A DNA stretch of 64,000 nucleotides, taken from NCBI GenBank assembly GCA_002104945.1, contig MCFH01000004.1, positions 124,001-188,000 on the forward strand. Direction: 5' to 3'. This DNA is from Piromyces finnis finn (lineage: Eukaryota > Fungi > Neocallimastigomycota). Shown one piece after another: positions 1-14,752 of this stretch (within the stretch, counting starts at the first letter, position 1; every line of letters starts with the position of its first letter). The notes beneath the pieces were generated by a model. That model ran no database searches. It worked only from the letters and a program-made list of their open reading frames with translations, and was not told the DNA's origin. The translations under genes were made by a program, and so were the position numbers.

Positions 1-2017
1 TCTCAAGGAATTAATACCTTCTTCAGTTTGATAAGCTTTATATTCTGGAAGACTACGATTAAGATCTTTCTCAATTTCTTCAGTAGATAGTGAAACATGA
101 CCTGCATATTTTTCTAATATTTTTTCGTAATAACCTTGATTTAAAAATCTTAAATAAATTGATCCAGAACAAATTTCCCAAAGTTCACCTCTTAATACAT
201 TAGGTAAACCAATTCTTACTAATTTTGTAAAGGTTGGAGTTCTTAAAATAGTTAAATTTCTACCATATTCTATTTTAGTATATTATACATAGTATATATT
301 TATCATTAAGATATTGTTAAGATATATTATTATTATAGTAATTAACCATATCCTATAATAAAAAAGGAATTATTAGAATTATTACCTGAAAAATATTGTA
401 ACCAATATTTAGTTTTAGCTTTTTCATTTGTTCTAGAAATAATAAAGTATATAAAAGATTTTTATTTAATTACTCTATTATCAAATTTTAATATAGTAAT
501 TACTTAATATAATAATTACTTTATATTTCTTTTGATATATTATAAATTATCATTTATTATTATTATTATTATTATTATTTTAAATAATTACTTTTTGCTT
601 TTGATATAACCATATTTTTCTCCTAAGCATTTCTTGGAAATAACATTACTTATCAAGAGTTCTTCAGATGATAAATTAGAAATAAAATTTTTAGAAATGG
701 ACATTTTTGAAATATTTCCTTTTAATTGATCTTTCAAGGTACTACAAACCAAATTAACTTGTTGTCTTACACTAAATAATTCAAAAGTTAATTTTATTTT
801 ATGGTACGTTGTAATAATTAAAGATACAATATTATTATTAGTAGTATTTGCTTTTTCAACACGTTTAATTACAAAATATGGTAAAACTAAATAGAGTTGA
901 GGTTTATTGGATGAATAAAAACAAAGAAAGGTTTTTGATAAAAAGAATTGACCAGAACTTTTTATAGTACTATTTGTTGAAATACTTAATATAGCAAAAG
1001 ATACACATTTCTTTATTATTGATAATTAAAATCATTTTTTTTTAAGTATTATAGTATAGTGTATAATAAAAATAAAAATACGAATAATTAATATAAGATT
1101 TAATAAAACATTTAATTTATATTAAAATAATTATTTTACAAGATCTTCTTCTTCTGGTAAATTAAATAATCTACGAAATTCAGCGTTTTGACGTTGAGCT
1201 TGTAAATCTTTTACATCAATAGGTTTTTTATCTTTTTCAGAGATTGTATCATTTCGTGTTGAAATGTCATTGTAAGATAGACCTGGTACTTGATCAACTT
1301 TAGAGGTTGATTTTAATAAACGATCCATAGTTCTTTGAGTTAATTCATCCAAAAGTTGATAAGTTTGTTCTCTATGGAATAAATTAGAAAAAACATACTA
1401 TATATATATATAATATAATAAAGCAATCAAATATATTATTCAATAATGTGCAGAAACATTATTAATAAAATGATAAAAAAAAAAAAAAAACGATATTATT
1501 TATTATTTGATCTATTGAATTAATTATAAGAATCTTTATAAGTACCTCTTGTTGATCTTTTGTTACTATACTAATACAATTATTGAAAACACCACTTCTT
1601 GAGGAAATTTTCGAAATCAATTCTATATCTTTTAAAGGGATAGTAATTTTTGTTTCATTACCAAGAATAAATGAATAGAAACATACTATTTATAGGAATT
1701 AAATAAATATTCCATGTAATATACATGAAAAGGAAGAACAGTATGTTAATATAATGTTTATTTATATATTTAGATGTAGGTAAAATTATTATTTTTCCAT
1801 GTTATATTTTATGATGAGTTTACCAAAATTTCTACTAATATACATCCATCCTTGATTAAATATTTGATTATCGTATGAACATGAATAGACTTAATATATA
1901 TAGTATATATGTGCAATGAATATATTATAGAAAAGTAAAGTAATAAAGTGTATATATATATATTTTAGAAATATAGAAAAAAAATATAATATTTAATAAA
2001 TATTATTAGTAAATTAG

Positions 2018-2053
<36 letters not shown>

Positions 2054-3000
2054 TTTATTTATTTTTTAGAATGTTTTTTCTCATTAAATTGATTAATTAA
2101 TAAAATAATATATTTACAATTTAATAACTCTTCAGACTCAGGTATATTAAATAAAGTTTTGAATACATTGCACGCATTTCTAAATTTTGAATCTGACATT
2201 TCATGTTCGTTAACTGAAGTATTTTTATGTATATTATTATTATTATTATCATTTAAAGAAAAATGATTATAAATAAAAGTTATATGAAATAAAATGAATA
2301 TATATAATAGATATTAGTATATATTAATGTATAATTTATTATACTTCTAATCATAAAACTGAATTTTTTATTGCTAATATTTAATTTATAAATATTGAAG
2401 TATTGTACCTGAAGATAATAAAAATCCCAGTTTATATAATATGAAACTCTCTTTATCGTCAAAATCTTCGTACTTTTCTACTGCTGGCATAAAATTATCT
2501 AATTATAGTATTTTCATTATCAAATGTTTTAATTAATAATTTATTATTGTTTCAATATTATAGAATAATAATGAATATTTAATAAAATTTTGCTTGTTAG
2601 AGAAATAAAATGATTATAATTATATATTCTTTTAGTTAGGCTCAATTATTGCTACTAGCTTTATTTATTTATTTATTTATTTTATTTTATTATGAATTTT
2701 AAATGGCTTTTTTTATTATTACCATTATTACTATTTTATTAAAAGGTTATTACCTATAATATATTTCCAGTCTTTTTCAATTTCTTCTTTCGTATTACCG
2801 ACTGCTATAACTTGACCGAATTCATTTTGAGATGATTTTAAAACAATTCGAAAAGGTGGTTGTTTAGTATCGAATACATTTTGTAAAGTTTTCCAGAAAA
2901 GTCCGACTTGTGCTACAGATTTCTGTAAAATAAACAATTCATTAATTTTAAGGGTTTCCCAAGAATTGAAACTTTCACAATTCAAAGGTGAAATCCACAT
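1..3000 (-). CDS. GYP2: Rab GTPase-activating protein, Gyp2/Mdr1 - TBC1D8/9 family (GRAM + TBC domains); multi-exon, 3' end runs off the window
   Basis: ATG at 3000. N-terminus MWISP...FILQKS...PPFRIVL...[18 protein letters not shown] resembles the TBC1D8/9 N-terminus. Spliced GRAM segment [15 protein letters not shown]|VCFYSFILG (exons ~1822-1890, ~1545-1686). TBC domain in 1-270: [12 protein letters not shown]...[16 protein letters not shown]...[14 protein letters not shown]. Confidence 0.92.
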
Positions 3001-4577
3001 TCTGATAGTTTATTATTTTTAATATTCTAATAAATTAATTTTATTTTTTCTTCCTAGATGTTATTTTATTTATATTATATTATTCTGTTTTTTTCCCCTT
3101 TGTTAAAATGTTACTGAGTTTTGTGTTCCATTGAAAAAAACATATTATAATGAAATTTCTAAATATTTTAATTTACTTTTTGTTGTTATAATTACTTCTC
3201 AATAATTATATTATTTTATTTATTTATTATAATGAAAAACTAAAAAAAAGGAAAAAAAAGAGAATAGAAAATAAATAATAGATACCATATTAGTATATAT
3301 TTATTACTTATATATATGCCGCTTTTTTTTTTTTTTATTATATTTAAGTTTATATATTACTACCAAAAATTTTCTAATTCAACTTTTTCTAATTATATAT
3401 AAAAAAGTACTATTTATGATTTTAATATTTTACCTTTATTTGTATATATTATATTTATTTATTAATAATTGTTAGACAGCTGATATCGTGATATATAGAA
3501 ATGAGTGATTTAAATTTACTGATGTATATTATAACTAATTCTTTTTTAATCTCTTTTTTGTTATATATATAACCTTTTAAATTTTTAATCTAATATAATT
3601 ATTATAATTTTTAATATATATTAACAGTATAATTTATTATATATAATTTAATTAATTATATAATAATTTTTTGTTTCCTTTTTTTCTCATTTTCATTAAT
3701 TTTATTATTATTATTCCAAGATTTAATAATTAAAGTTTTTCTTGTGTTAATTTGGCATTATTTAAAAAATCTTAATTACTAATAATTGAATAAAAGGAAG
3801 GCTTTAATACTACTTCTAACAAATTTTATTTAATTGATTTTGTTTTTATGATAAATAAGAAATAACTAAGTAATATATATATATAAATTATTAATTATTT
3901 TATATATAGAAACAGAAATACTCAAAAACAAAAGATATAAATGTATGTATGTGTGTATATAAATTAAAAAAAAAAAAAAAAGGAAAAGTAATATATATTA
4001 TAAAAATAAAGAAGTAATGTTTTGGTTTACTATTTTTTATTTTTTGTTAATGAATTATGAATATAAAAATATTTTTTATAAATAATATTTGTTTTTTTTA
4101 TATATGTGTTATTTTTATTGATATATTAAAAAAATAGTGAAGGTAAAAAAAAAAAAAAAGGTAAAAAGAGAAATAAAAACAGGTAAAAAAAGTTATTACT
4201 AAAAAATAAATATATTTAGGAAATATGAAAAAAAAAAAATATAATCTTTAAAGTTCAATAAATATATAACAGCTTAAAGATTTTATTAATATTGTTATTA
4301 TTTAATTGGTATTCATTTTACCTATTATTATTATTATATTGTTTTAATATATAAAAAGAAAAAGAAAAAGATATATTTTAAATTATCTATAAAAAGTTTT
4401 AATGCTGAATGGTCATTGCTTAATATTATAAAAATTAGCATTATATCTTAAATTGGATTTATGTTTTTAAGATTTATTTATATATATAAAATAAACCAAG
4501 CTTATTTTTTCTTTATAATTAATTAATTGTACTGCTACAATTTTTACAAGTTAATGTATAGAATTCATTTTAAAATT

Positions 4578-5598
4578 TTATTTTCCATGACGTTCACGTC
4601 TTCTTTCTAAAGTCGAATCTCGACCAGAAGATGTTTTTGAATCACTAGCCATTCTTGATTTTGAATCTTTACTACCTATACCTGCTATTGTAACTGAATT
4701 ACTTACAAAGGAGCTAGAATGTTTACGACCTGTAATTCTACTATGTTCACTACGATAGTGTTTAGTGGAGGAATTGCTTGTATTACCTCCATTACCACTA
4801 CTTGCTGTTAAAGAGTGTTTTTTATTTTCAGATCTAGAAGTAGAGCGAGAGACTGAACGTGATCTTGAACGTGAATAGGATCTAGAACGAGAACGTGATT
4901 CATTTGAATGATTTGAATGTGGTGATCTAGAGCGAGATTTAGATTTACTATGAGAATTATTATATGATGAACGACTACGAGAACGTTGACGACGACTTTG
5001 ACTACTATGTCTACTACTTGTTGAATAGTGACGAGTACTACTATCACGTTTATGACGACCATTACGATCCTTTTCACGGTTACGTTCACGGGCACGTTCA
5101 CGACGATTATGAGAAGTACTTATAACATTTGGATTGTCTGATTCATTTTCATTATCGATGTCATTTTTATCATTATTTTCTTCATTTGAAGAAACTGAAT
5201 TAGATCTATTACGATGACGACTATGATTTCTTGAACGAGATCTAGAACGTCTACTTTGACGTTTATTGGATGAGGTATTAGTTTTTGATGATCGTGATTC
5301 TCGTTTTTCGGATTTGCTTGTATTACCATTCATTCCATTCATGGAGTTATTTTCAAAATTGTCATTTGCATCTGATTTTGATGATTGATTTTGGTAATTT
5401 CCTTCTCTTGATTCTTTAATATTTCAATTTATATAAGAATAATAATAATAATAATAACAATTAATAATTATTATTTTTATATATAATGTAATCAGTAATT
5501 ATTTTTAAATTGTTTTTAAAAAATAATAATAATATCATTATTCTTTAATTCTTTTATTATTTAATAAAATATATTATTATTATTATTATTATTATTGT

Positions 5599-5634
<36 letters not shown>

Positions 5635-8246
5635 ATATAAATAAAACTATTAAATTAAAAAAGAAAAACAAAACATTATTTCATTCAATTCATACCATTA
5701 TTATTGCGAGAGTTATTAAAAGATCTATTTCTATTTTGATAATTTCTTGGACCATTACTGTGTCTGAATTCCTGATTTTCATGATTACCATGTTCCCATC
5801 TATTATTATTATCTTTACTTGTATCACTCATGTTATCATCATTCATTTGATAATCCATTTGATCTCTATTCAAATAAAATATGTTTATTAGTTTTATTTA
5901 TTTTAGTTATAAAATTAAATGATATTAAAATCATTTGATCATTTGATATTTATATAATTTACAATTTATAAAAAATTTTGGAGTTATTTATTTGATCAAA
6001 TAGATAATATTTAAATAGTTAAAATTAATATATATATATATATTAGACATAAAGATTATGAACATACAAAAAAATATTTAAATTTAATATTTGAATAAAA
6101 AACTGTTATTATATATGAATAAATAATTTAAGAATTTACCTATTATTATTACTATTATTGTTATTGTTGCTATTTCCTCCATTTTGGCCATCAAAAAATT
6201 TCATGTGTCCATTAAAGTTATTATTATTATTATTATTGCTGTTGTTGTTATTGTTGTTGTTACTGCTATTCATACGATTACCGTGCATATTATTTCCATT
6301 TATAGAATTGTTACTATTCATACGATTGACGTGAATACCGTTATTTGAATTAGAAGTATTATTATTCATATTCATATTGCGACCGTTAAATGGCTGATCT
6401 GGGAAACCTCCATCATTATGTGGTGGTGCAAATGGACCTGGCATAACACCTTGTCCACGTCCAAAACCTCTTCCCATACCATTATTTCCCATGAAAGGTC
6501 TTGGGCCAAAGGAACCATGCATTGGTTCATAACCATTCATTGGTCCATAAAAATCTTGTTCAGGGAAATTAAATCCTGGTTGTGGGAATGGTGGTGGTCT
6601 AAGGTTTCCTCCATTTGGACCCATCATTGACATATTACCTCTACCGTTCATACCTGGTTTAGCATACGGTCTTCCGCGTCCTGAATGCATATTCATGTTA
6701 TTAAAGTTATTATGATTAATTCTTGGCATATTGACATTACCCATTTGTTCATTTCTTGCAGCTGCTTCAGCGCGCATTTCTTTTGGATCTTTTGGAATTA
6801 TTCTAAATGGATTTCCATGTTGTTGTGGTGAAACAAATCTTATTTCAGCTTTTTTACCTTGAATTTCACTATATTTTTATATATTATTATATTTTTATTA
6901 TTTAAAGCAATAAGATATATTAATAAAAGTATATATTATTAACATTGTTAACCATTATATATAAATATATATATATCATTTTAAAATACTCTATTTCAAA
7001 TTAATAATAGCATTTATAAAATCTCAAATTAAAAATACACTTTTATTATATTCTTATTTTTATAATAAAAGATAATTGTATAATAACTTAAATATTAAAT
7101 GAAAAAATGAATGATATTAACGATATTTTCGATTTTTACTTTCATTCTATTCCATCAAAATTTCTTTGCTATTAAACTTTTTTTATCTAGTTAATGTTTA
7201 TATAATTTAAATGGATAGTACTTACTTGGCTTCTACATATTTGGAAAATACTTCAGCCGACTCAATGTCTTCAAATTCCAAATAAGCGATACCACGAGAT
7301 TTACCATTGACTTTATATTCATGGAATGTGATTTCTTTAGCAACTAATTTATTTAATACACCTGCTTTTAATGAAACTTGACGTAAGTCTTCATCAGTAG
7401 TCCACTATCATGTTATAATATTGATTTATTGATATGAAAAAAAATATTTATATTAATATAAAAAAATACAAATTTTTTAAAACTTTATTATTTTTTTTTT
7501 GAAAAATATATTTAATAAATTATAAGCTATCAAAATTTACCCAATTAAGACCACCGACATAAACAGCTTTAGTAATACCATTATTATTTCTCATCATTGG
7601 GAATATATTTGAACCTTTATTTTTTTTACCTCCATATCCTTGATTTTCATTCATTTTTTGGTTACTTTTATTTTCAAAAGTATCTAAAGTTTGAACTGGA
7701 TGGGAATGACTACTATTATAATTATTATGATTATTATTGATATTATTAGAGTGATTATTTGAATTATTTATTTCATTTTTGTTAAAAGTTGATTTCTTAT
7801 CAACGTCCATGGTATTATTATCATTGGTATCAATATTATCTTCTATATTATTAATATTATTTTCAATATTTTCTTTAACTTCTTCTTCAATTTCCTCTTT
7901 TTTATCATTAACCGCGTCTTTATCATTATCTCCATTTATTTCAGGATCAACATCATCGTAATTCAATTCATCATCATCATCATATGTATTTGTTGCAATT
8001 TCTGGTATATCTTCATTTTCAAGAAGATCATCATATAAATTATCCTTTTATAATAATAACAGTAACAGTGACAACAACAACAGTAATATATATTTTAATG
8101 AGAAAAAAAATACTAAATTTAGGTTTTTATTATATTAATTATCATTTAATTAATATTTTATTATAAAAAGTCATTACCATATCTCCATCGTCACCATTTT
8201 CGAAATTATCGTCTCCATAGAGATCAAAATTCTCGTCATCAGCCAT
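4578..8246 (-). CDS. CPSF6: CPSF6/CPSF7-like (CFIm large subunit): acidic N-terminus, RRM, Pro/Gly/Asn-rich middle, RS-rich C-terminus
   Basis: ATG at 8246 ([13 protein letters not shown]|DNLYDDLL). Spliced [12 protein letters not shown]|WTTDEDLRQ...[20 protein letters not shown] matches the CPSF6 signature LYIGNLTWWTTDEDL...FFENRANGQSKG. RS-rich last exon is ORF 4578-5342. Confidence 0.85.
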
Positions 8247-9897
8247 AATGATTATTTAAAATGTTAATATTGATTTATTTTGAAATTATTATGAAAATTT
8301 AAATTGAATTAATCTGAATATATATATTTTTTAATTGTATCAATTTATGTGTTTTATGTTAATTACTAAAAATCAAAATCAATATAAATGTTTTCAATGA
8401 TGTTTAAAATTTAAATTATATATTTTTATTTTATTGTTTGTTCTATTATTATTATTATATGAATATTTGAAAAAAAAAATTATAAAAAACTTTTTATTTT
8501 ATTTGTATTACTTTCTATAAAGATTTATAAAGATTGATAAAATATTTTATATACCCATTATAAATAATATATTTTAACAATTATATTATTTTATTATTAT
8601 TGACTATTTTTAAGGTAATTAAAAAGGTATAATATAGTTGTTGATTATAACTGTTTTTAGTCTATTACAACTATATTTTCAATATTAAGATTTATAAATT
8701 TAAAAAAGCAGTATTTTTATGTAATTTTTTTTTTTTTACTAAATTAAAAGATAAAAATTTTAATTTAAAAAAGATTATTTATAATTTGAAATAATTAAAA
8801 ATATTAATTATATATATAATAATTAATATATTAATTTCAACATAAATTATTCATTTATTTAATGTACCGTCCTTTTTAATTTTTTAAAGAAAATTTATAA
8901 CAAATAATTAATATAAATCTTGTTATTAATTAAAACTATATACCTTAGCTTTACTAATAATCATATGTATTAATAAAGTAATAGACATTAAATACTAAAT
9001 TTATCATTTGATTATATTTATATGGATCATATTGCAATAATATACAATTATTTATTAGTTCAAGAAAGGTTTAATATTGAAAACATGATTATATTTCAAA
9101 TAAATTTTTACAATCAGTTATAAGAAAAAAAAAAACAACTTTTTTCGTCTTCTTTTTCTTTAATGTGAGTTATTTGATAATTAACAAAAAAAAAAAAAAA
9201 AAAAAAAAATGAAATAATTATTATTTATTTTTAATTTTAAATTAGTTTTTATGACATATAAATAAGATTTGTTTTTGCATTTTCTTTATTTAAATGTTTT
9301 AATATTTTTATTATTATAGTTTTGAATTAAATAATAATATTAATTATATGATATATCAATTAATACAATTATTTAAACTAAGAATATATTATATATACAG
9401 TGTAATAATTATAAAATATTATTTAGTTAAACACTATGTTAAGTCACATCATAATATAACTATATAAATAATTTATAATATTTAATGTATATATAACTAT
9501 AATTTTTAAAGGAAACAATAATTCTTTTTTTTTTTTTTTTAATTTCAAAATTGTTATTATTGTAAATAGATATAAATGAATGAAATAAAACAAAAATTTG
9601 TTATATATGGTATATAGATATAAAATATGAATGAAAAATAATAACAAAAACTTTAACTAAACTATTTTTTTTTTTTTTTTTTTTAATTGTTATTTGATGT
9701 TAATGAAATAAATTTTTAATCTAAAAATATATAAAAAAATTACTACTTTTTTTTATTTTAATTTTTTTATAATAAATCTTCAATGTATATGTTATTAATG
9801 GATTTAAAGTTTTAACTTTTTTAAAGGGAATGTTAAATAATTAATTTCATTTATATTTTAAAATAATGAATATTTTACCAAAAACTTAATAAATAAG

Positions 9898-10526
9898 TTA
9901 TATATCATTTCCTATAGTAATCTCGGTTTCTTCATCTAATGCTTTCTTTTTATTATTTATTATATTAGCAAATTCTTTAGAAATATTGTCATCACTGGTA
10001 ACAAATATGTATGGAGCATTTTCATTTTCATTTTCATTTTCGGTAAATTTCTTTTTTATGTAGAAAATCTCATTTTTGCCAAATATATTTCTGAATAAAT
10101 GATCCTTTTGATAAAGAATGCCTGAAGAAAGTATCATCAAATCGACTAAAGATTTAATGGAAGGATCAGTATTAATGTCCTTAAAGACATAATCTCTAAA
10201 CCATCCTTGACATTCAAAAGGCATATGTACAATCCAATAATTACATTTTATTTTTCCACCAATATAGTTTTTAACCTCTCTTTCTGCCAAATTCTTCTTT
10301 TCTAAATCTTCAATTACCATATTTCTTAAGAGAGTACCCTGAATAACACCCATATTAACAAATACATGTAATGGGATACAATTCTTATCTTCAAAAAGTT
10401 GTAAACAAAAATCATAATATGGAATTCCTGTTGGAGAATTATCATGGCACATTAAAATTGCTTTATCATCATATATTTCATATTGACTATAAAAAATATA
10501 TTAATTATTATTAATTATATTTAATC

Positions 10527-10561
<35 letters not shown>

Positions 10562-11153
10562 AAAAGAATATATTAAGGCAAAGAAATTAAGAGAAAATAT
10601 ATAAGTATTATATTTTAAAACTTACCATATATCAATTTTTCCATTTCTGTTTAAATCAGAAACAATAGCTAAAAGAAGTAATACTGTATAATCTAATATA
10701 ACAAAGTTTGATTATTATATATCATATCATTTTTATAAAGTGAAATATTATATAATGAAATAGAATATTATTATACATATCTAATATATATGTTAATATA
10801 AATAAATATTTACCTTTATTAAAGCATCTTCCAATTCTAATATATTCACCATCAGCGTACCAAAGTAAAGTCAACATTTCAGCAGAATTATATTTTTTTT
10901 TATTCTTTTTTAAGGAATCGGCAACTAAACTGATATTTAATAAAGGCTCTGTTTCATTTGATGTATTTATATAGATATCAGTTTCTTTTATTATTTTTTT
11001 ACTTTCTTTAATAGTTGCTTTTTTTATAATTTCTTTTCCATGTGTTTTTGAATAATTTTTATAAAATTTGGTAATTAGACGATTTGTATATGTTAAATAA
11101 TAATAAAAGTCTGCCAAAAAAGTAATGGCAATTATTATAAGAGTTTGATACAT
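9898..11153 (-). CDS. Divergent GPP34/GOLPH3(Vps74)-family protein with an N-terminal hydrophobic segment; 3 exons (11153-10814, 10692-10626, 10486-9898), about 331 aa
   Basis: The GT-AG reconstruction is in frame. Motifs follow the GPP34 pattern in order: SAEMLTLL, LAIVSDLNRNGKIDI, HDNSPTGIPYYDFCL, LRNMVIEDLEKKNLAERE, DPSIKSLVDLMILSSGIL, IFGKNE. Confidence 0.65.
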
Positions 11154-14070
11154 ATTGACTAAAATAGGAAATTATTGTATGATTTAATAAATGTTTCAGT
11201 TCAAAATAATATTCAATGATAAAATATTTATTTTTTTCTTAAAAATTGTAGTAATTATTACAAATAATAAATTATTTTTAAAATTTTTAAGAAATTTAAT
11301 TATTTTTCCCTTAATTCAAAATATTGAATAATTATTTATGAATAGTTATTTATTCTTTTATGAAAAAAGTAAATATTATAATATATATATATATTTAAAA
11401 TATATAAAATATATTAAGTAACATCAAAATAGTCGGTTTTAACAATTAATAATCACAGTAAAAATAAATTTTAAATCAAAATTTATTTTTCATTATCAAT
11501 ATTCAATTATTTAATTATTTATTTATTACTACTATTAATAATAATATTATTAATTTTTTTTATTTAAAATGTAAGAGCTATAATTCTTTTACTGCAAATT
11601 CTACTATTAAAAGTATAACAAAATTTTAAATTTCTTGTTGGTAAAGATAAAATGTAAAAAACATTAATCTTTTATTATTTCTTTATAGTTAACTATATAA
11701 GTTAAATAGTGATAATACTCTATTATTATAACGGATTTATTAATAGTTAAAGTTCAGTTTAAAGTTTTTTTATTATTTAACTTTGAAAAGCTCTTTTTCT
11801 TAAACGAACGGGAAAAAAATTTTTTTTTAATAGTATAAAAGTTTAAAAAGATTTTATTACTTTTTATAACTTTTTTTTTTTACAAATAAAAATATTTTAA
11901 AATTTTCTTTTTTATTCTTTCATATATTACAACATATTAACAATATATAATAATATATAATGATCGTACATTATATATTACGATTAATAACTTTTTCGAA
12001 TAGTATGAATAAAAATTTTAATTTATTATATTAAATATAATAAATTTGAAAATGGAATTCATAATCTTCTCTTTTTTTTTATTATATTAAATTTGTTGTA
12101 GATTTTATATTATTTGTATTATATATTAATATTTTTGTAGTAATCTAGTATTTATTATGTTTACTTTATTTTACTTATTTTTTTTCTTTTTCTTTTTCAC
12201 CATTAATTTATTTAAAAAAAATTGAACAAAACATATGATTTTTTAAATTGATCAAATTTAAGTTTGATTTTTTAGTTTTTATTCTAAATATCGAATTTTT
12301 TAATTAATATATAATAATATATTGATTTATATAAATTTGTAAATGTCAAGTAAATTAAAGAATATAAAGTTAAACATATATAAAAAAATGGATTAATTCT
12401 ATTAGTAAAACTAAATAGTCATATGAAAATTTTGAAAAGGATTAGTTTAAAATTAAATGATTAATCAATGAAATTATAATTATATATATATATATATTTT
12501 TTTAAAATGTTCTTATACAATAAAACAATTGTTATTTATAATAATAAATACGAAAAAAGTTGTCTCTGCATATAAGAATAATATATAAAAAAGACTTCCT
12601 CAATAATCCTATATTTTTATGCTTATTTCATTGTATATTTATTTTTTAATTATAATTTATTAATTATAATGATTAAAAAAAAATACATTATTAAAATCAC
12701 CTTTTATTAATTAAATTTGGGAAAATAGCAAATATACTCAAAATAGCATAATTTAATTATTAAATTTTTTTTTATATATTTCACTTTTGTTATTATAAAT
12801 ATTATAAAAAAAAAGAATAGATATAATCAACCAATTTTCTCAACTTTTTTTATTTTGTATTGAGAGTTGTTGTTTTGATGATAATAGTAATTATCTTTTG
12901 AAATATTATATAAATATAAAATAATTAATAACATTCTTAATAGGATTAATTCTTTGTGATTAATTTTCTTCTTTTTATTAAAAGTACCAATGTTTAATAA
13001 TATTGTTTTAGTGTTATCATCGTAACATTTCGGAAAATTTAATTTTTTATAAATAATAAATAAAAATTACCATTATTAAAGTAGAAAGTGAATTTAAACT
13101 ATAAAATTTAAAAATTTTTTAAAAATCTTACTAAATTAATAGTATTTTCTTATAAGAACGATTAATACAATTCCTTTCTAAATAATAAATTATGTAATTT
13201 TACATATTCATATTATAGATTTGTATTTTAACTTTTTATAATTACGTATGGTCTGGTTACACATTATATCAATAGAATAAGAGAATGATTTGACTTAGTG
13301 CTAAATTGAAAATAAAATAACCGAGATAAGAAAATGAGTATACTTCTCAAACCATATAATATGTAGAGAGAAAAAAAATGAAATGTTTTTAACAATGTAA
13401 TTAGAATTAATGATTAAATAGCTTTTTTTATTTAAATAATTATGTTAATGATAAAAGCTTTTTTTTTTTTTTTAAAAAAAATAAATTTAATAATTTTAGC
13501 AATTATATTATTGATGCTTTAAATATTAATATAGGAATAAATATATATGAAAAGATATATAATAGTATAATGTAATTGTAAAGAAACTTCAATTCTATAT
13601 AAATGTTGAATCATGTATATTTCATAATTTATCTTTTTGAAATTTTTAATAAGGTTTAAAATATCAAAAATAGTTGATAATAAAATTAAATGACAAGTAT
13701 ATAAAATAATTCAATAATTCAATATTATTTTTAATATTAAGGTACAAATAAATTGAAAAATAATTTTATAAATATTTTTTATTTAGTATTAAAGAATATT
13801 ATAAATTATAATTATTTATATAAAGATATTCATTTTTTAGAGTATTGGAAAAACTTTATATTAAAACCAGGAACATATTTATCTATAGTTTATAGTATAA
13901 AATTTATATTTAATAATGATTATTTGTTATTATCTTCATTTTTATTTTATTTATTCTTATCATCTATGCATATTCATTTATTATATTTTATCAAAATATT
14001 ATATAATTGTTCTTTATTAAATATGAAGTATCATATAGAATAGTATTGCATATAAAATTTCTCATACTAT

Positions 14071-14107
14071 ATAAATAACTAAATAACTAAATAACTAAAT
14101 AACTAAC

Positions 14108-14146
<39 letters not shown>

Positions 14147-14147
14147 C

Positions 14148-14218
<71 letters not shown>

Positions 14219-14239
14219 CTAAATAAATAAATAAATAAC

Positions 14240-14314
<75 letters not shown>

Positions 14315-14315
14315 A
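14071..14315. repeat. (TAAA)n microsatellite, about 245 bp, with a 5' (AAATAACT)n octamer lead-in and scattered TAAC variants
   Basis: Directly visible tandem array. Confidence 0.97.
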
Positions 14316-14752
14316 TTATATATTTAATTTAATTATATGGATTTATTTTAGTTTGTCTTGTTGTATTTTTATAAGAAAATTTAATTAAATATTTTAATTG
14401 ACATTATAATTAAAATCTATTTAATCTAATAATATATTATAATATATATTATAGTGTTTTTTATATTAATTCTGGAATAATATAAAATTTATATTTACTA
14501 ATAAATATGATTAAATATGATGTTTATTTAGTTATCCATTTACTTTTTTTTTTTTTTATTTTTATATCATAATAATCATATAAAAATTTTTCTTTTTATT
14601 TTTCTTTTTTATAAATTAAAAAAAAAATAAATAAGAAAATATTTATTTTTTAAGTTATATAAAAATAACTATATAATAAAACCTTTATACTCTATAAAAA
14701 ACCAATTTTTTTAATAATACTAAGTATTTTTTTCAAAAAAAAATATAAATAA

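Noticed and set aside
2280-2462. Short ORFs 2280-2462, 7984-8166, 9444-9647, 22288-22470 and 26988-27305
   Set aside because: Out-of-frame, antisense or intronic/intergenic AT-rich noise.
4536-4548. Two UGUA (CFIm-binding) motifs just after the CPSF6 stop, suggesting autoregulation
   Set aside because: TGTA is common at this base composition; two copies are not distinguishable from chance.
4808-5891. Val/Ile-rich overlapping ORFs and the poly-Phe ORF 5595-5891
   Set aside because: Shadow frames of the RS-rich CPSF6 exons and an intronic poly-T run.
13753-14043. 96-aa plus-strand ORF
   Set aside because: TTG start, I/L/Y/F/N composition typical of random AT-rich DNA, no motif.
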